Shown here: piece after piece, positions 10,422 through 20,604 of the stretch
How the letters are laid out: each line of letters begins with the position of its first letter
Numbering within the stretch: position 1 is the first letter of the stretch
Assembly: GCA_018376535.1 (NCBI GenBank)
Contig: JAHABC010000001.1
Span: 186,066 to 250,065, forward strand
Direction: 5' to 3'
DNA: 64,000 nt
Source of the DNA: Ruminococcus sp.
Lineage (GTDB): Bacteria > Bacillota > Clostridia > Oscillospirales > Ruminococcaceae
The notes under the pieces: generated by a model
The model's input: only the letters and a program-made list of their open reading frames with translations
Told to the model about the DNA's origin: nothing
Databases searched by the model: none
Position numbers and translations under genes: made by a program

Positions 10422-10439
10422 TTAGAATAACTCCCTCCT

Positions 10440-11375
10440 TTAATCCAAGTACTTATTAAGAGCCGTACTTATAACTTTATTAGCTACATACATGGCTATA
10501 AACAATACCATACATATAGCAGAGGCGTATCCCATTTCATAACGAACCCAACCATAGTCATAAGCATGAGTCATTATAGTATGTGCAGCATAGTCTGTAC
10601 TTGGGAAACCTACCAAGTTTCTACCAACTATATCGGCAGTAAATGAAGATACTATCTGCATAACCGCAGCGAACATCAATTGTGGTCCCATAGATGGTAT
10701 TGTAATATATATTAACTCTTGCCATCTATTTTTTATACCTTCAATAGCACCAGCCTCATATTGAGAACGGTCTATATTTTGGAAACCTGCTCTAAGAGCC
10801 AAGAAACCTGCACCTAAAGATATCCACATTTGAACTACTATTACTACACCTAAAATATAAGTGGAATCTGTTAGCCATTGTATTGGCGATGTTATTATTC
10901 CTAAGTTAATAAGCATAGAGTTTAAATATCCATAAGAGTCACCACTAAAAATCAATTGCCACACGGTGTATACGTTTGCCATAGATGGTGCATAGAATAT
11001 CAAAGTAAATATAGTCTTTAGCTTTGGGTGAAGTTCGTTAATCAACCAAGCCAGTAAAAAGCATAGAATGTAGCTTATAGGTCCTGTAAATATTGCAAAT
11101 ACTAGAGTTACTCTAATAGAACCTATAAATACTTTATCCGAAAGAAACAACGTGGTAAAGTTTGAAAGTCCTATAAACTTTGGAAACTGTACCATATTGA
11201 AGTCTGTAAAACCCATTGGCAAAGATAGGCACACGGGAACTATTGTAAATACAAAGAATAACGCCATAAATGGAATTAACATAAAATAACATTCCTTATT
11301 TTGCTTAACTTGAAGCCACATAATACGACGTTGTTCTTTTTTATCACGAACCCCAATCTTATCCTTTTCAATCAA
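10440..11375 (-). CDS. Sugar ABC transporter permease (MalF-like)
   Basis: 311 aa, multi-TM. The EAA loop reads YEAGAIEGIKNRWQELIYITIPSMGP. Confidence 0.85.
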   Translation of the reverse strand: MIEKDKIGVRDKKEQRRIMWLQVKQNKECYFMLIPFMALFFVFTIVPVCLSLPMGFTDFNMVQFPKFIGLSNFTTLFLSDKVFIGSIRVTLVFAIFTGPISYILCFLLAWLINELHPKLKTIFTLIFYAPSMANVYTVWQLIFSGDSYGYLNSMLINLGIITSPIQWLTDSTYILGVVIVVQMWISLGAGFLALRAGFQNIDRSQYEAGAIEGIKNRWQELIYITIPSMGPQLMFAAVMQIVSSFTADIVGRNLVGFPSTDYAAHTIMTHAYDYGWVRYEMGYASAICMVLFIAMYVANKVISTALNKYLD

Positions 11376-11405
11376 AGTTATCCCTCCTAAATGAAATTTG
11401 TCGTT

Positions 11406-14324
11406 TTAGTCATCAAGTCCAAGATTTTCACGTTTTCTTGTAATTTCTGCATTGATATCTCTATTATACCACATTAGAGTATCACGTGGATTTTCTGCAT
11501 TGTTTACAGTTTCTCTAAAAGCGTTCATAACGTTTCTAGTAACGGCATACGATGCTGGAATAATAGCTATCTCATTGAGTTCACTCTGTTGAGATTGTAA
11601 GGTAGCTAATTCACTAGAAGACCATGAAAGTTTAGTCAAAGCCTCAGTATTAGCAGTAGCATAACGTCCCATTTGACCCATCAAACCTTCTATGGAAGTT
11701 CCGTACTCAACTTGAACGTCCGTAGATGAGAACCATTTTAAGAACTTCCAAGCATCTTCTTCGCTTGAAACCTTATTGAATATGATTCCACAAGTACCCA
11801 TGGAGTTGGTTGCGTGTGAGATAGTACCATCTTCACGAACTGTACCAGGTATTACAGTCATATCCCAAAGACCATTAATCTCTGGAGAGGCAACTGCTAG
11901 TTGATTGAAAAATGAATAGTTTTGAATTACTATTGGATATTCACCAGTTCTAAAACGGTTAAAAGCATCGTAAGTTTGTTCAAAGTCGTATTTAGTATAG
12001 AAGTCTGTCCACTGTTCAAAGGATTGTACAGCCTTTATATTATCAAAAGATGTAGCAGTTTGGTCATCGTTGTAGTAGTTTAGACCATTTTGTAACATCA
12101 AAGTAGCAAACGTATGACCAGCCTCAGTAGCTGCGGAAACGTTTACAGTAGGAGTGACCAAACCTACAGACATATAACTTCTTTGGAAGGCTGGTAGCAT
12201 TTCAAGAAGTTCGTTCCAAGTTTCAGGAGCGTGGTCGAAACCTAACTCACTAAGAACGTCTTTACGATAGAACATCATAGGGAAATTTTGTTCCAAAGGA
12301 ATACCATAGCATTTGCCATCATAGGTATAAGGAACGGTAGCGTTTTCTTGGAAGTTGCTAGTTACTTCGTCGAAGTCGTCAAACTGAGATAAATCTGTTA
12401 AAAGACCTCTAACAGCCAAGTTTACTGGAAGTTCACCAGCTGAGAACAACGATATATCTGGACCTTTACCTGCTAGAGTAGCCTCTACTAGAGTTCCTTG
12501 CACTAGATTTACCGCTACTGGTATGCCAGTTTCTGGAATAAATTCCGATTCTACTAACTCTTTAACTACTTGTGCTTGGTCACGACCTAAACCTACCCAA
12601 ACTGTTATAGCGTCATTACTAGATGTATCGGAAAGCACATTATAGTCATCTGTAAACGAACCTACAAAAGATTTAAAATTAAAAGATGCCGATTTGAAAA
12701 AGTTCTCTTTAGTAGAAGTAAAATCTTGGTCAGCAGATGCCAACTCTATGTAGTCTATTTCAAGGGGTTGTTCACGATAATCTCTCATCCAAGAAGATAT
12801 TGCAGTAACATTATCTTTAATTTGCGATAGATAGTTAGGAATTTGTAAAGGTTTTTCAACACACTTATCAAGAATAACGGTCATCTGTTCTAGTGTAGAT
12901 GCCTCCGAACCCTCCGAATGTGAAAGAGATTCAATATTAGCTTGAATATCCTTTAAAGATTGTGATATCTCCTCAAAAGTTGGAACTAAATCTGGGATTT
13001 TAGTATGTACATAGTAGTCAGTATACTTATCTGGATTAGGGCTAGTAATCATTAAGATTTGTCTGTAATAGTTGTTAATTTTAAGAACTATATCGTCTAA
13101 TTGACGCATGGAGTCACCAATTTCACCAGGGATAACTTCCATAGCCAACTCGTGAGTGCCTTTAGTTAGATATACATATGTATCATTGCCATCTTCGTCT
13201 TGTGGAGTAACTACGCTCCAATCGGTACTATAGTAGAACTTAACTTGATTTAATTCCTCACAAGGAACTTGACCATCTATATAAATGCGTCTGTTAGAGT
13301 AGAAACCTCGCATTTCTTGTTGTCTAGATTTAATACCAAGTTTGTACCAACCATCATTTTCGACATTAACTTCCCATGTTATCGTTTGCAAAGCTTGTGA
13401 CCAAGTAGCATCACCGATAGTGTTGTACATCTGTTTAACTGGGTCAGATGGAGATACTAAGTAACTATCCTTATCGTAAGTAGGATAAAGTGTAGAGTTG
13501 GATTTATACTTAGCCTTTTCGCCCTCTACACGAATTAATGTAGATGGTGTGCTTTCTACTGTAACAGAAGTATCTATACTAGATATATAATCTTGGTAAG
13601 TGTCAACGTTTACAGGATTATGAAACTTAAGATATTCAATACATAAATCAGCCCTAGTACCATCTAAAGTTATGGTATGAGAACCCTTTTCTAAATAAAA
13701 GATAAGAGGGTCATTAAATAGTCCGTCAACATCTTTAATATCAGTAACTTGCCACATACCCTGTTGAACTTGCGATGGTCTTACTTGATTTCCTTTAGCA
13801 TCTTCTTTAATATCTTCCTCATTAATCCAAACCTTATTAAGTTGAACTCTATCGGCAGTACTATAAGGCACTTCTCCGTCTAACTTTACAGAGAGTTCTA
13901 TAGTATTAGAATTAGATACTATATTATAATAAGACATCTCTAAACAGTAGATACCACTTTCCTCGACATTAAAGTTATAAGTAACCGAACCTTCTAAGCT
14001 ATTCCAAATTAGGACATCATTAGAAGAGCCTTCATATTTACCAGTAGAAAAATCTCCATTTTCTGCGGTAGTGTAATCTGTTCCATTGATAAAAATTTCT
14101 TTATTTGGACGTGTTTGAGTTGAATATTTGTCATAATAGTCGCTATAGGTAGTCTGTTCAACGTATAACCCTTGATTACCTTCAGTATCCAAGCTAGTAG
14201 CAACTGCCATATCTGAAGAACCAACAGTTACATCTTCTGCCCGAATTGGTAAACTACGATAAGCAAAAGTAGTAGAAATGAAACATAAAGAAACTATCAT
14301 TGCAACTATTCTTTTTCTAACCAT
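11406..14324 (-). CDS. Very large extracellular solute-binding protein: an approximately 500-aa N-terminal accessory domain fused to an ABC family-1 SBP fold
   Basis: 972 aa with a signal peptide. The C-terminal half carries typical SBP_bac_1 features (ITVWVGLGRDQAQVVKELVESEF, YDGKCYGIPLEQNFPMMFYRKDVL). The N-terminal half is unassigned. Confidence 0.7.
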   Translation of the reverse strand: MVRKRIVAMIVSLCFISTTFAYRSLPIRAEDVTVGSSDMAVATSLDTEGNQGLYVEQTTYSDYYDKYSTQTRPNKEIFINGTDYTTAENGDFSTGKYEGSSNDVLIWNSLEGSVTYNFNVEESGIYCLEMSYYNIVSNSNTIELSVKLDGEVPYSTADRVQLNKVWINEEDIKEDAKGNQVRPSQVQQGMWQVTDIKDVDGLFNDPLIFYLEKGSHTITLDGTRADLCIEYLKFHNPVNVDTYQDYISSIDTSVTVESTPSTLIRVEGEKAKYKSNSTLYPTYDKDSYLVSPSDPVKQMYNTIGDATWSQALQTITWEVNVENDGWYKLGIKSRQQEMRGFYSNRRIYIDGQVPCEELNQVKFYYSTDWSVVTPQDEDGNDTYVYLTKGTHELAMEVIPGEIGDSMRQLDDIVLKINNYYRQILMITSPNPDKYTDYYVHTKIPDLVPTFEEISQSLKDIQANIESLSHSEGSEASTLEQMTVILDKCVEKPLQIPNYLSQIKDNVTAISSWMRDYREQPLEIDYIELASADQDFTSTKENFFKSASFNFKSFVGSFTDDYNVLSDTSSNDAITVWVGLGRDQAQVVKELVESEFIPETGIPVAVNLVQGTLVEATLAGKGPDISLFSAGELPVNLAVRGLLTDLSQFDDFDEVTSNFQENATVPYTYDGKCYGIPLEQNFPMMFYRKDVLSELGFDHAPETWNELLEMLPAFQRSYMSVGLVTPTVNVSAATEAGHTFATLMLQNGLNYYNDDQTATSFDNIKAVQSFEQWTDFYTKYDFEQTYDAFNRFRTGEYPIVIQNYSFFNQLAVASPEINGLWDMTVIPGTVREDGTISHATNSMGTCGIIFNKVSSEEDAWKFLKWFSSTDVQVEYGTSIEGLMGQMGRYATANTEALTKLSWSSSELATLQSQQSELNEIAIIPASYAVTRNVMNAFRETVNNAENPRDTLMWYNRDINAEITRKRENLGLDD

Positions 14325-14671
14325 ATTTTTTCCACCTTTCTAAAAATTAATATAGAATAAACTAATCAACTCGTGTTCTATAATAGGCAAAACACACCTA
14401 TATTTATAGAAATCAATATTCCTCTTATCATTATAACTAAATAATGTGTCATTGTCAAGATACAATAATTTACTTTTGAAGATAACAGAGTCATTTGTTT
14501 ATAGTATACAAATAAGCAGTATATTATTTGTGTAACTTTATAATTTGCTTTGATATTAAAAATATCTTGCAAAAGTTATAAAATTATGATACAATTAAGA
14601 AGTAATTTATTTTAAACATCTAAATTTAATGTTTAAGTAAAATATATATTACTATAGGAGATTTTTTTATT

Positions 14672-15109
14672 ATGATAGTTATAGGTTGTGACCACGCTGG
14701 ATATCCATTAAAAGTTGAAATTGTTAAATATCTTACTGAAAATGGTATCGATTTTGTGGACGTTGGTTGTAATGGTGAGTCTTGCGACTATCCTATTATA
14801 GCTAAATCACTTTGCGATAAGGTTACTGAAGATATATCTAACAATACAGGTATACTAGTGTGTGGTACTGGCGTTGGAATGTCTATATGTGCAAACAAAG
14901 TAAAAGGAATTCGTGCTTGTGTATGTTCCGATTACTTTTCAGCTAAGTACACTCGTATACACAATGACGCTAACGTTTTATGTCTTGGTGCTAGAGTAAT
15001 TGGCGTAGGTACTGCCATAGAGTTAGTCGATGTATTTCTTAATACTCAGTTTGAAAAAGGTGGTCGTCATCAAAGACGTGTTGACCTTATATCTAAGTTG
15101 GAAGATTAA
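14672..15109 (+). CDS. rpiB: Ribose-5-phosphate isomerase B
   Basis: 145 aa. It has MIVIGCDHAGYPLK, CGTGVGMSICANK, and the RpiB/LacAB family signature. A GGAG RBS is present. Confidence 0.9.
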   Translation: MIVIGCDHAGYPLKVEIVKYLTENGIDFVDVGCNGESCDYPIIAKSLCDKVTEDISNNTGILVCGTGVGMSICANKVKGIRACVCSDYFSAKYTRIHNDANVLCLGARVIGVGTAIELVDVFLNTQFEKGGRHQRRVDLISKLED

Positions 15110-15135
15110 TATTATTATATAGGAGTGATTTTTTT

Positions 15136-15771
15136 ATGAATATGAAAAATGTACACGTTATTGAACACCCTCTAGTTCAACACAAAATTTCTTTAATGAG
15201 GGACGCTAATACTGGCTCTAAAGAGTTTAGAGAGTTAGTATCTGAAACTGCTATGTTAATGTCTTATGAAGCTACTAGAGATTTACCTCTAAAGGAAGTA
15301 GAGATTAAAGCTCCTAGACACTATACTAAGTCTAAAGTAATATCTGGTTACAAGATGGCTTTAATTCCTATACTCCGTGGAGGTCTACCTATGGCAGAAG
15401 GAATATCCAAATTAATTCCTACTGTTAAGATAGGTCACGTTGGTGCTTTTAGAGAACCATCTACTGGCGAAACCGTTAAGTATTACGCTAAGTTCCCTGC
15501 AGATATACAAGAACGTCACGCAATAATAGTAGATACTATGCTTGCTACTGGTGGTGCAGGTGTATTAACTGCTAACGAACTTAAAAAATCTGGTGTTAAG
15601 GATATTAAGTATATGTGCTTAATAGCCTCCCCTGAAGGCTTAGAGGCTCTAACTTCTGCTCACCCAGACGTTGAAATATACTGCTGTTGCATAGATAAGG
15701 GTCTTGACGATGATAACTATATCGTTCCAGGTCTTGGCGATGCAGGTGACAGAATTTTTGGTACTAAGTAA
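15136..15771 (+). CDS. upp: Uracil phosphoribosyltransferase
   Basis: 211 aa. It has VHVIEHPLVQHKISLMRD and the C-terminal YIVPGLGDAGDRIFGTK. Confidence 0.95.
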   Translation: MNMKNVHVIEHPLVQHKISLMRDANTGSKEFRELVSETAMLMSYEATRDLPLKEVEIKAPRHYTKSKVISGYKMALIPILRGGLPMAEGISKLIPTVKIGHVGAFREPSTGETVKYYAKFPADIQERHAIIVDTMLATGGAGVLTANELKKSGVKDIKYMCLIASPEGLEALTSAHPDVEIYCCCIDKGLDDDNYIVPGLGDAGDRIFGTK

Positions 15772-15847
15772 TATGTTTAATACTTAAAATCGGTGATGGC
15801 TATAGCTATAGCCATCTCACTCCGATTTAACAAGGAGGTTTTTTATT

Positions 15848-17668
15848 ATGTGTGGTGTAGTAGGTTACGTTGGCGACAAAGATTGTACAGATGTACTTAT
15901 AAACGCACTATCTAAATTAGAGTACAGAGGTTATGACTCTGCTGGTATTGCCGTATTTGAAAAAAATAAAATAGTAGTTGAAAAATGTCAAGGTAAGTTA
16001 ACAAACCTAATAGACAAAATAAATTCTGAACACAAACCAATTGGACATTGTGGCATAGGTCACACTAGATGGGCTACTCATGGTGAACCATCTGATATTA
16101 ATTCCCACCCACACGGTAACAAAAGAGTTACTATAGTTCACAATGGAATTATTGAAAACTATCGCCAAATTAAAGATTTCTTATCTAATGAGGGTTACTC
16201 CTTTGAAAGTCAAACCGATACCGAAATAGTAGCTAAACTATTAGACTACTACTATGATGGCAACCCATTAGATACTATTATTAAAGTAATCGGTGAGATT
16301 AAAGGTTCTTATGCGTTGGGTATAATCTTTAGAGATTTCCCAGATACTGTATTCGCAGTTAGAAAAGATAGTCCTTTAATAGTAGGTCTTGGCGAAAATG
16401 AAAACTTTATCGCCTCCGATGTTCCTGCTATACTAAAATATACTAAAAAGTATAATCTGCTTGAACAGAATGAAATCGCAGTTATAAAAAAAGATGCTGT
16501 TAAAATCTATGATATTCACCAAAACTTAATCGAAAAAGAAGTTATGGTAGCAAATTGGGATATCAATGCTGCTGAAAAGTGTGGCTATGAACACTTTATG
16601 CTTAAAGAAATCCATGAACAACCTACCGCTATAAATAATACTATATCTCCTAGAATTATTGATGATATGCCTAACTTGGAAGAATGTGGCATAACTGTAG
16701 ATACTCTTAAAGGTGTAAATCAACTATTTATAGTAGCTTGTGGTACTGCTATGCACGCTGGTATAGTCGGCAAGTACGTCATTGAGGATTTAGCTAGAGT
16801 TCCCGTAACTGTAGATATGGCATCAGAATTTATATATAGAAATCCTATTATAAATCCTAACGATTTAGTCATACTAATATCTCAATCGGGAGAAACTGCC
16901 GATACTAAATCTGCATTAAAACTTGCTAAGGAACGTGGTGCGAAAACTCTATCGATAGTAAACGTAGTAGGTTCTTCTATTGCTCGTGAAAGCGATATGG
17001 TTATATATACTCATGCAGGTCCAGAGATTTCTGTAGCATCTACAAAGGCTTATTCTGTTCAACTTTCTATAATGTATCTATTTGCATTTGAACTAGCCTA
17101 CGCCAAAGAAAAGATATCACTTGATACTTGCAAGGAATATACATCTAAACTTTTAGATATTCCTAACTTAGTTACTCAAACTTTAGAACATAAGGATATC
17201 TGTCAAAAGGTTGCATCTAAGATTATGAACGCTACTAGTCTATTATATATAGGTCGTGGCTTGGATTACGCTCTAAGTATGGAAGGCTCTTTAAAATTAA
17301 AAGAGATTTCTTATATTCATTCTGAGGCTTACGCATCTGGTGAGTTAAAACATGGTACTATATCTTTAGTAGATGAGGAAATGCCAGTAATTGCAGTAGC
17401 TACGCAAGATAAACTTTTTGCTAAAACTATTAGTAATATCAAGGAAGTAAAAGCCCGTGGGGCAAAAGTAATTCTAGTATGTAAGGAAAACGCTAATGTA
17501 GATAGCGACGTTGCCGACTATATCATTAAAATTCCTGTTACTGATAACATTCTAATGCCTATGATTACTACAGTTCCACTTCAATTGATTGCTTATTATA
17601 CTGCAGTTCATAGAGGCAACAATGTTGACCAACCTCGTAACTTAGCGAAATCTGTTACTGTTGAATAG
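15848..17668 (+). CDS. glmS: Glutamine--fructose-6-phosphate aminotransferase (isomerising)
   Basis: 606 aa. It begins MCGVVGYVG (N-terminal nucleophile Cys), has two SIS domains, and ends with the C-terminal VE. Confidence 0.95.
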   Translation: MCGVVGYVGDKDCTDVLINALSKLEYRGYDSAGIAVFEKNKIVVEKCQGKLTNLIDKINSEHKPIGHCGIGHTRWATHGEPSDINSHPHGNKRVTIVHNGIIENYRQIKDFLSNEGYSFESQTDTEIVAKLLDYYYDGNPLDTIIKVIGEIKGSYALGIIFRDFPDTVFAVRKDSPLIVGLGENENFIASDVPAILKYTKKYNLLEQNEIAVIKKDAVKIYDIHQNLIEKEVMVANWDINAAEKCGYEHFMLKEIHEQPTAINNTISPRIIDDMPNLEECGITVDTLKGVNQLFIVACGTAMHAGIVGKYVIEDLARVPVTVDMASEFIYRNPIINPNDLVILISQSGETADTKSALKLAKERGAKTLSIVNVVGSSIARESDMVIYTHAGPEISVASTKAYSVQLSIMYLFAFELAYAKEKISLDTCKEYTSKLLDIPNLVTQTLEHKDICQKVASKIMNATSLLYIGRGLDYALSMEGSLKLKEISYIHSEAYASGELKHGTISLVDEEMPVIAVATQDKLFAKTISNIKEVKARGAKVILVCKENANVDSDVADYIIKIPVTDNILMPMITTVPLQLIAYYTAVHRGNNVDQPRNLAKSVTVE

Positions 17669-17690
17669 TTTATAAATATAAACATTATAA

Positions 17691-17728
17691 AAAACTCCAC
17701 TAAATATCAGTGGAGTTTTAATTTTTAT
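17691..17728. terminator. Bidirectional terminator between glmS and tsaB
   Basis: The sequence is aaaactccact-aaatatc-agtggagtttt followed by aatttttat. Confidence 0.6.
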
Positions 17729-18408
17729 CTATTATTAGATTTTAAATCTTTTTCAGCCTTAGTAGGTTGTAAATACAATGCTTGTAAATCTTGTGGAGTT
17801 TGTGGCTCAAGATTTCTAGCAATCTCGCAAAGACTACTTGCAGATTGCAACCTATCTTTAACACTAGCTAACGCTACATTGGATTTAAACTCATAAGAAC
17901 TATAAAAATCTTCTGCACCATCGCCAACTAATATGATATTTTTATCAATATTAGATAGCTTTTCAAAAAGCATCGATTTTTCTAAAATACAATCATCACT
18001 ATAGCGTGTAATAGATTTCATATTGCTTTGGAACAATCCACAATATACCAAATCTAAACGAGCCTTCATAATAGAACATATTACACCATCAAATCCGAAT
18101 ACATTGTAAGCCAAACTTTCTAATGTAGATATTCCGTTACAACCGATATTCAATGCAAAACACATTGCTTTTACTCCAGATATGCCTATTCTTAAACCAG
18201 TATAAGAACCTGGGCCACATGATACTACTATTCTATTAACATCTTGAAGTGTTTTTCCGACACTCTCAAGAAGTTTTTTACACATAGGCATAATTATCTG
18301 CGAATGAGTTAAAGTAGTATACACACTATTTTCAGCTAATAGAACATCATCTTGCATTAGCGATACTGATGCCATCTTTCCTGAAGTATCTATTCCTAAG
18401 ATTAACAA
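17725..18408 (-). CDS. tsaB: tRNA threonylcarbamoyladenosine biosynthesis protein TsaB (YeaZ)
   Basis: 227 aa. It begins MLILGIDTSGKMASVSL, the inactive Kae1/YgjD paralogue fold. Confidence 0.85.
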   Translation of the reverse strand: MLILGIDTSGKMASVSLMQDDVLLAENSVYTTLTHSQIIMPMCKKLLESVGKTLQDVNRIVVSCGPGSYTGLRIGISGVKAMCFALNIGCNGISTLESLAYNVFGFDGVICSIMKARLDLVYCGLFQSNMKSITRYSDDCILEKSMLFEKLSNIDKNIILVGDGAEDFYSSYEFKSNVALASVKDRLQSASSLCEIARNLEPQTPQDLQALYLQPTKAEKDLKSNNR

Positions 18409-18830
18409 AATCTATCACCACCATTTACAGTAATCTTTCTGGTACTGTCGTCCAAACGTTCAATAGATATCTTTATAGTACTATCGTTAAAGATTTCCTT
18501 AACGTTTTCTGACCATTCAATAATAGACACACTATCTTCAAGTGGATAGTCAAAGAAACCTATACTTTCTAAGCCGTCAATACCGTTAATTCTATACATA
18601 TCAAAGTGATACACATTTATATTATCGCCTCTATACTCATTGGATAGCGTAAAAGTAGGTGAAAACACATCATCTTTAAGACCTAATCCCATGACTATGC
18701 CTCTAGTAAGAGTAGTTTTTCCCATACCCAAACCACCAATATAGGCAATCATATCGCCCTTTTTAAGTTTAGAACCTATATACTTACCGAACTCTATGCT
18801 TTCTTCAGCAGAATGAGTTATCTTTTCCAT
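18402..18830 (-). CDS. tsaE: tRNA t6A biosynthesis ATPase TsaE (YjeE)
   Basis: 142 aa. The P-loop GGLGMGKTTLTRG is present. The gene overlaps tsaB by 7 nt. Confidence 0.85.
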   Translation of the reverse strand: MEKITHSAEESIEFGKYIGSKLKKGDMIAYIGGLGMGKTTLTRGIVMGLGLKDDVFSPTFTLSNEYRGDNINVYHFDMYRINGIDGLESIGFFDYPLEDSVSIIEWSENVKEIFNDSTIKISIERLDDSTRKITVNGGDRFC

Positions 18831-18844
18831 GAACCATCGCCACC

Positions 18845-20516
18845 TTAGAATAGACCAATAATATTACCATTATTGTCGCAATCTATAACCATGGCAGTAG
18901 GTTTTTTGCCTAAACCTGGCATAGTCATTACATCGCCAGTTAGAGCAACCACGAAACCTGCTCCAGCAGATAGCTTAACATCTCTAACGGTTATTGTGAA
19001 GTTTTGAGGTCTACCCAACTTAGTAGGGTCATCTGAAAGTGAGTACTGAGTCTTTGCCATACACACTGGAATGTTATCAAAGCCAATCTTTTCAATTTCC
19101 GCAATAGATTTTTCAGCTTGTTTAGTAAAAGTAACGCCATCAGCACGATATATTTCTTTAGCTATAGTGTTTAGCTTATCTTTAATAGATAAATTTACAT
19201 CATATATTGGTGCAAAGTTAGATGGCTCATTTTCGATAGTTTCTAATACCTTATTAGCTAAATCAAGACCACCTTCGCCACCCTTAGTGAATACTTCAGC
19301 TAAAGATACCTTAACATTTAAGCTATCGCATAGTTGTTGAATGTATTCAATTTCGGCAGTAGTATCGGTGTGGAACTTATTTATAGCTACTACTACTGGA
19401 ACTCCAAACTTCTTCATATTTTCAATATGAGTTACTAAGTTAATACTACCATCTTTAAGAGCCTGTAAGTTCTCATTGGATAGTTCAGCCTTTGGAACTC
19501 CACCGTTATACTTTAACGCTCTAATAGTGGCAACTATTACTGTACAAGATGGCTTTAAATCTGCAAAGCGACATTTAATATCAAAGAACTTTTCAGCACC
19601 CAAATCCGAGCCGAAACCTGCTTCAGTTATGCAGTAGTCACCTAGTTTTAAAGCCAATCTAGTAGCTCTAACTGAGTTGCAACCATGAGCTATATTTGCA
19701 AATGGTCCTCCGTGAATAAATGCAGGATTACCCTCTAGTGTTTGTACTAAGTTTGGCTTAAGAGCATCTTTCATTAGAGCAACCATAGAACCACATACTC
19801 CAAGTTGCTTTGCATATACTGGATTTCCGTCCAAATCGTAAGCTACTAAAATCTTTTCAAATCTAGCCTTAAGGTCATCAAGGTCTTTAGCTAGACAGAG
19901 TATAGCCATAATCTCAGATGCTACTGTAATTTGGAAACCATCTTCACGAGGAACACCGTTTATTTTTCCACCAAGACCTACTATAATATTTCTTAAAGCA
20001 CGGTCATTCATATCCATGCAACGCTTGAATAGTATGCGTCTTTGGTCTATGCGTAGTTCGTTGCCCTGTTGCATATGATTATCTATAACTGCACATAGTA
20101 GATTGTTAGCAGCAGTTATTGCGTGCATATCACCAGTAAAGTGTAGGTTTATATCTTCCATCGGAACTACTTGAGAATATCCACCACCTGCGGCACCACC
20201 TTTAATGCCAAATACCGGTCCTAATGATGGCTCTCTTAAAGCTACTATAGATTTCTTTCCTAATCTGCCCATGGCTTGTTGCAAACCTACAGATATAGTA
20301 GTCTTACCCTCACCCGCTGGTGTTGGGTTGATAGCAGTTACTAAGATTAACTTACCATCAGGATTATTCTCAACCTTTTTTAGTAGATTTTCCGATACTT
20401 TAGCTTTATAATGTCCATACTGTTCTATATCTTCATAATCTATTCCTATTTCCCTAGCTATATCTACAATAGGTTTCATTTTGCACCCTTGTGCGATTTC
20501 TATATCAGTCAACATA
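18845..20516 (-). CDS. fhs: Formate--tetrahydrofolate ligase
   Basis: The sequence MLTDIEIAQ...TPAGEGKTT... shows full-length FTHFS similarity. The start is taken at MLTDIEI, where an AAAGGAG RBS is present. The tabulated ORF extends 13 codons further upstream. Confidence 0.9.
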
Positions 20517-20604
20517 AAAAAACTCCTTTTCAGCGTGATAAAGATATTATACACTATATTAAAGACAAATTCAAGTGATATTCCATTTTAGAATGGCAAA
20601 AAAA

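Noticed and set aside
14378-14572. 64-aa ORF in the rpiB/SBP divergent intergenic region
   Set aside because: It lies in an extremely AT-rich promoter region, has no RBS and has odd composition. It is most likely a chance ORF.
15772-15847. Expected glmS ribozyme upstream of glmS
   Set aside because: The spacer is only 76 nt and holds a single hairpin plus the RBS. None of the conserved ribozyme core could fit, so it is reported as absent.
19071-19340. Antisense and nested small ORFs inside annotated genes (e.g. 722-946, 2063-2287, 19071-19340, 20205-20411, 32812-33135, 33327-33619, 37700-37972, 41812-42045, 52838-53251, 57769-58107)
   Set aside because: All lie within, and on the strand opposite to or in an alternate frame of, strongly supported long genes. 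They have low-complexity translations and no RBS, so they are treated as frame artefacts.
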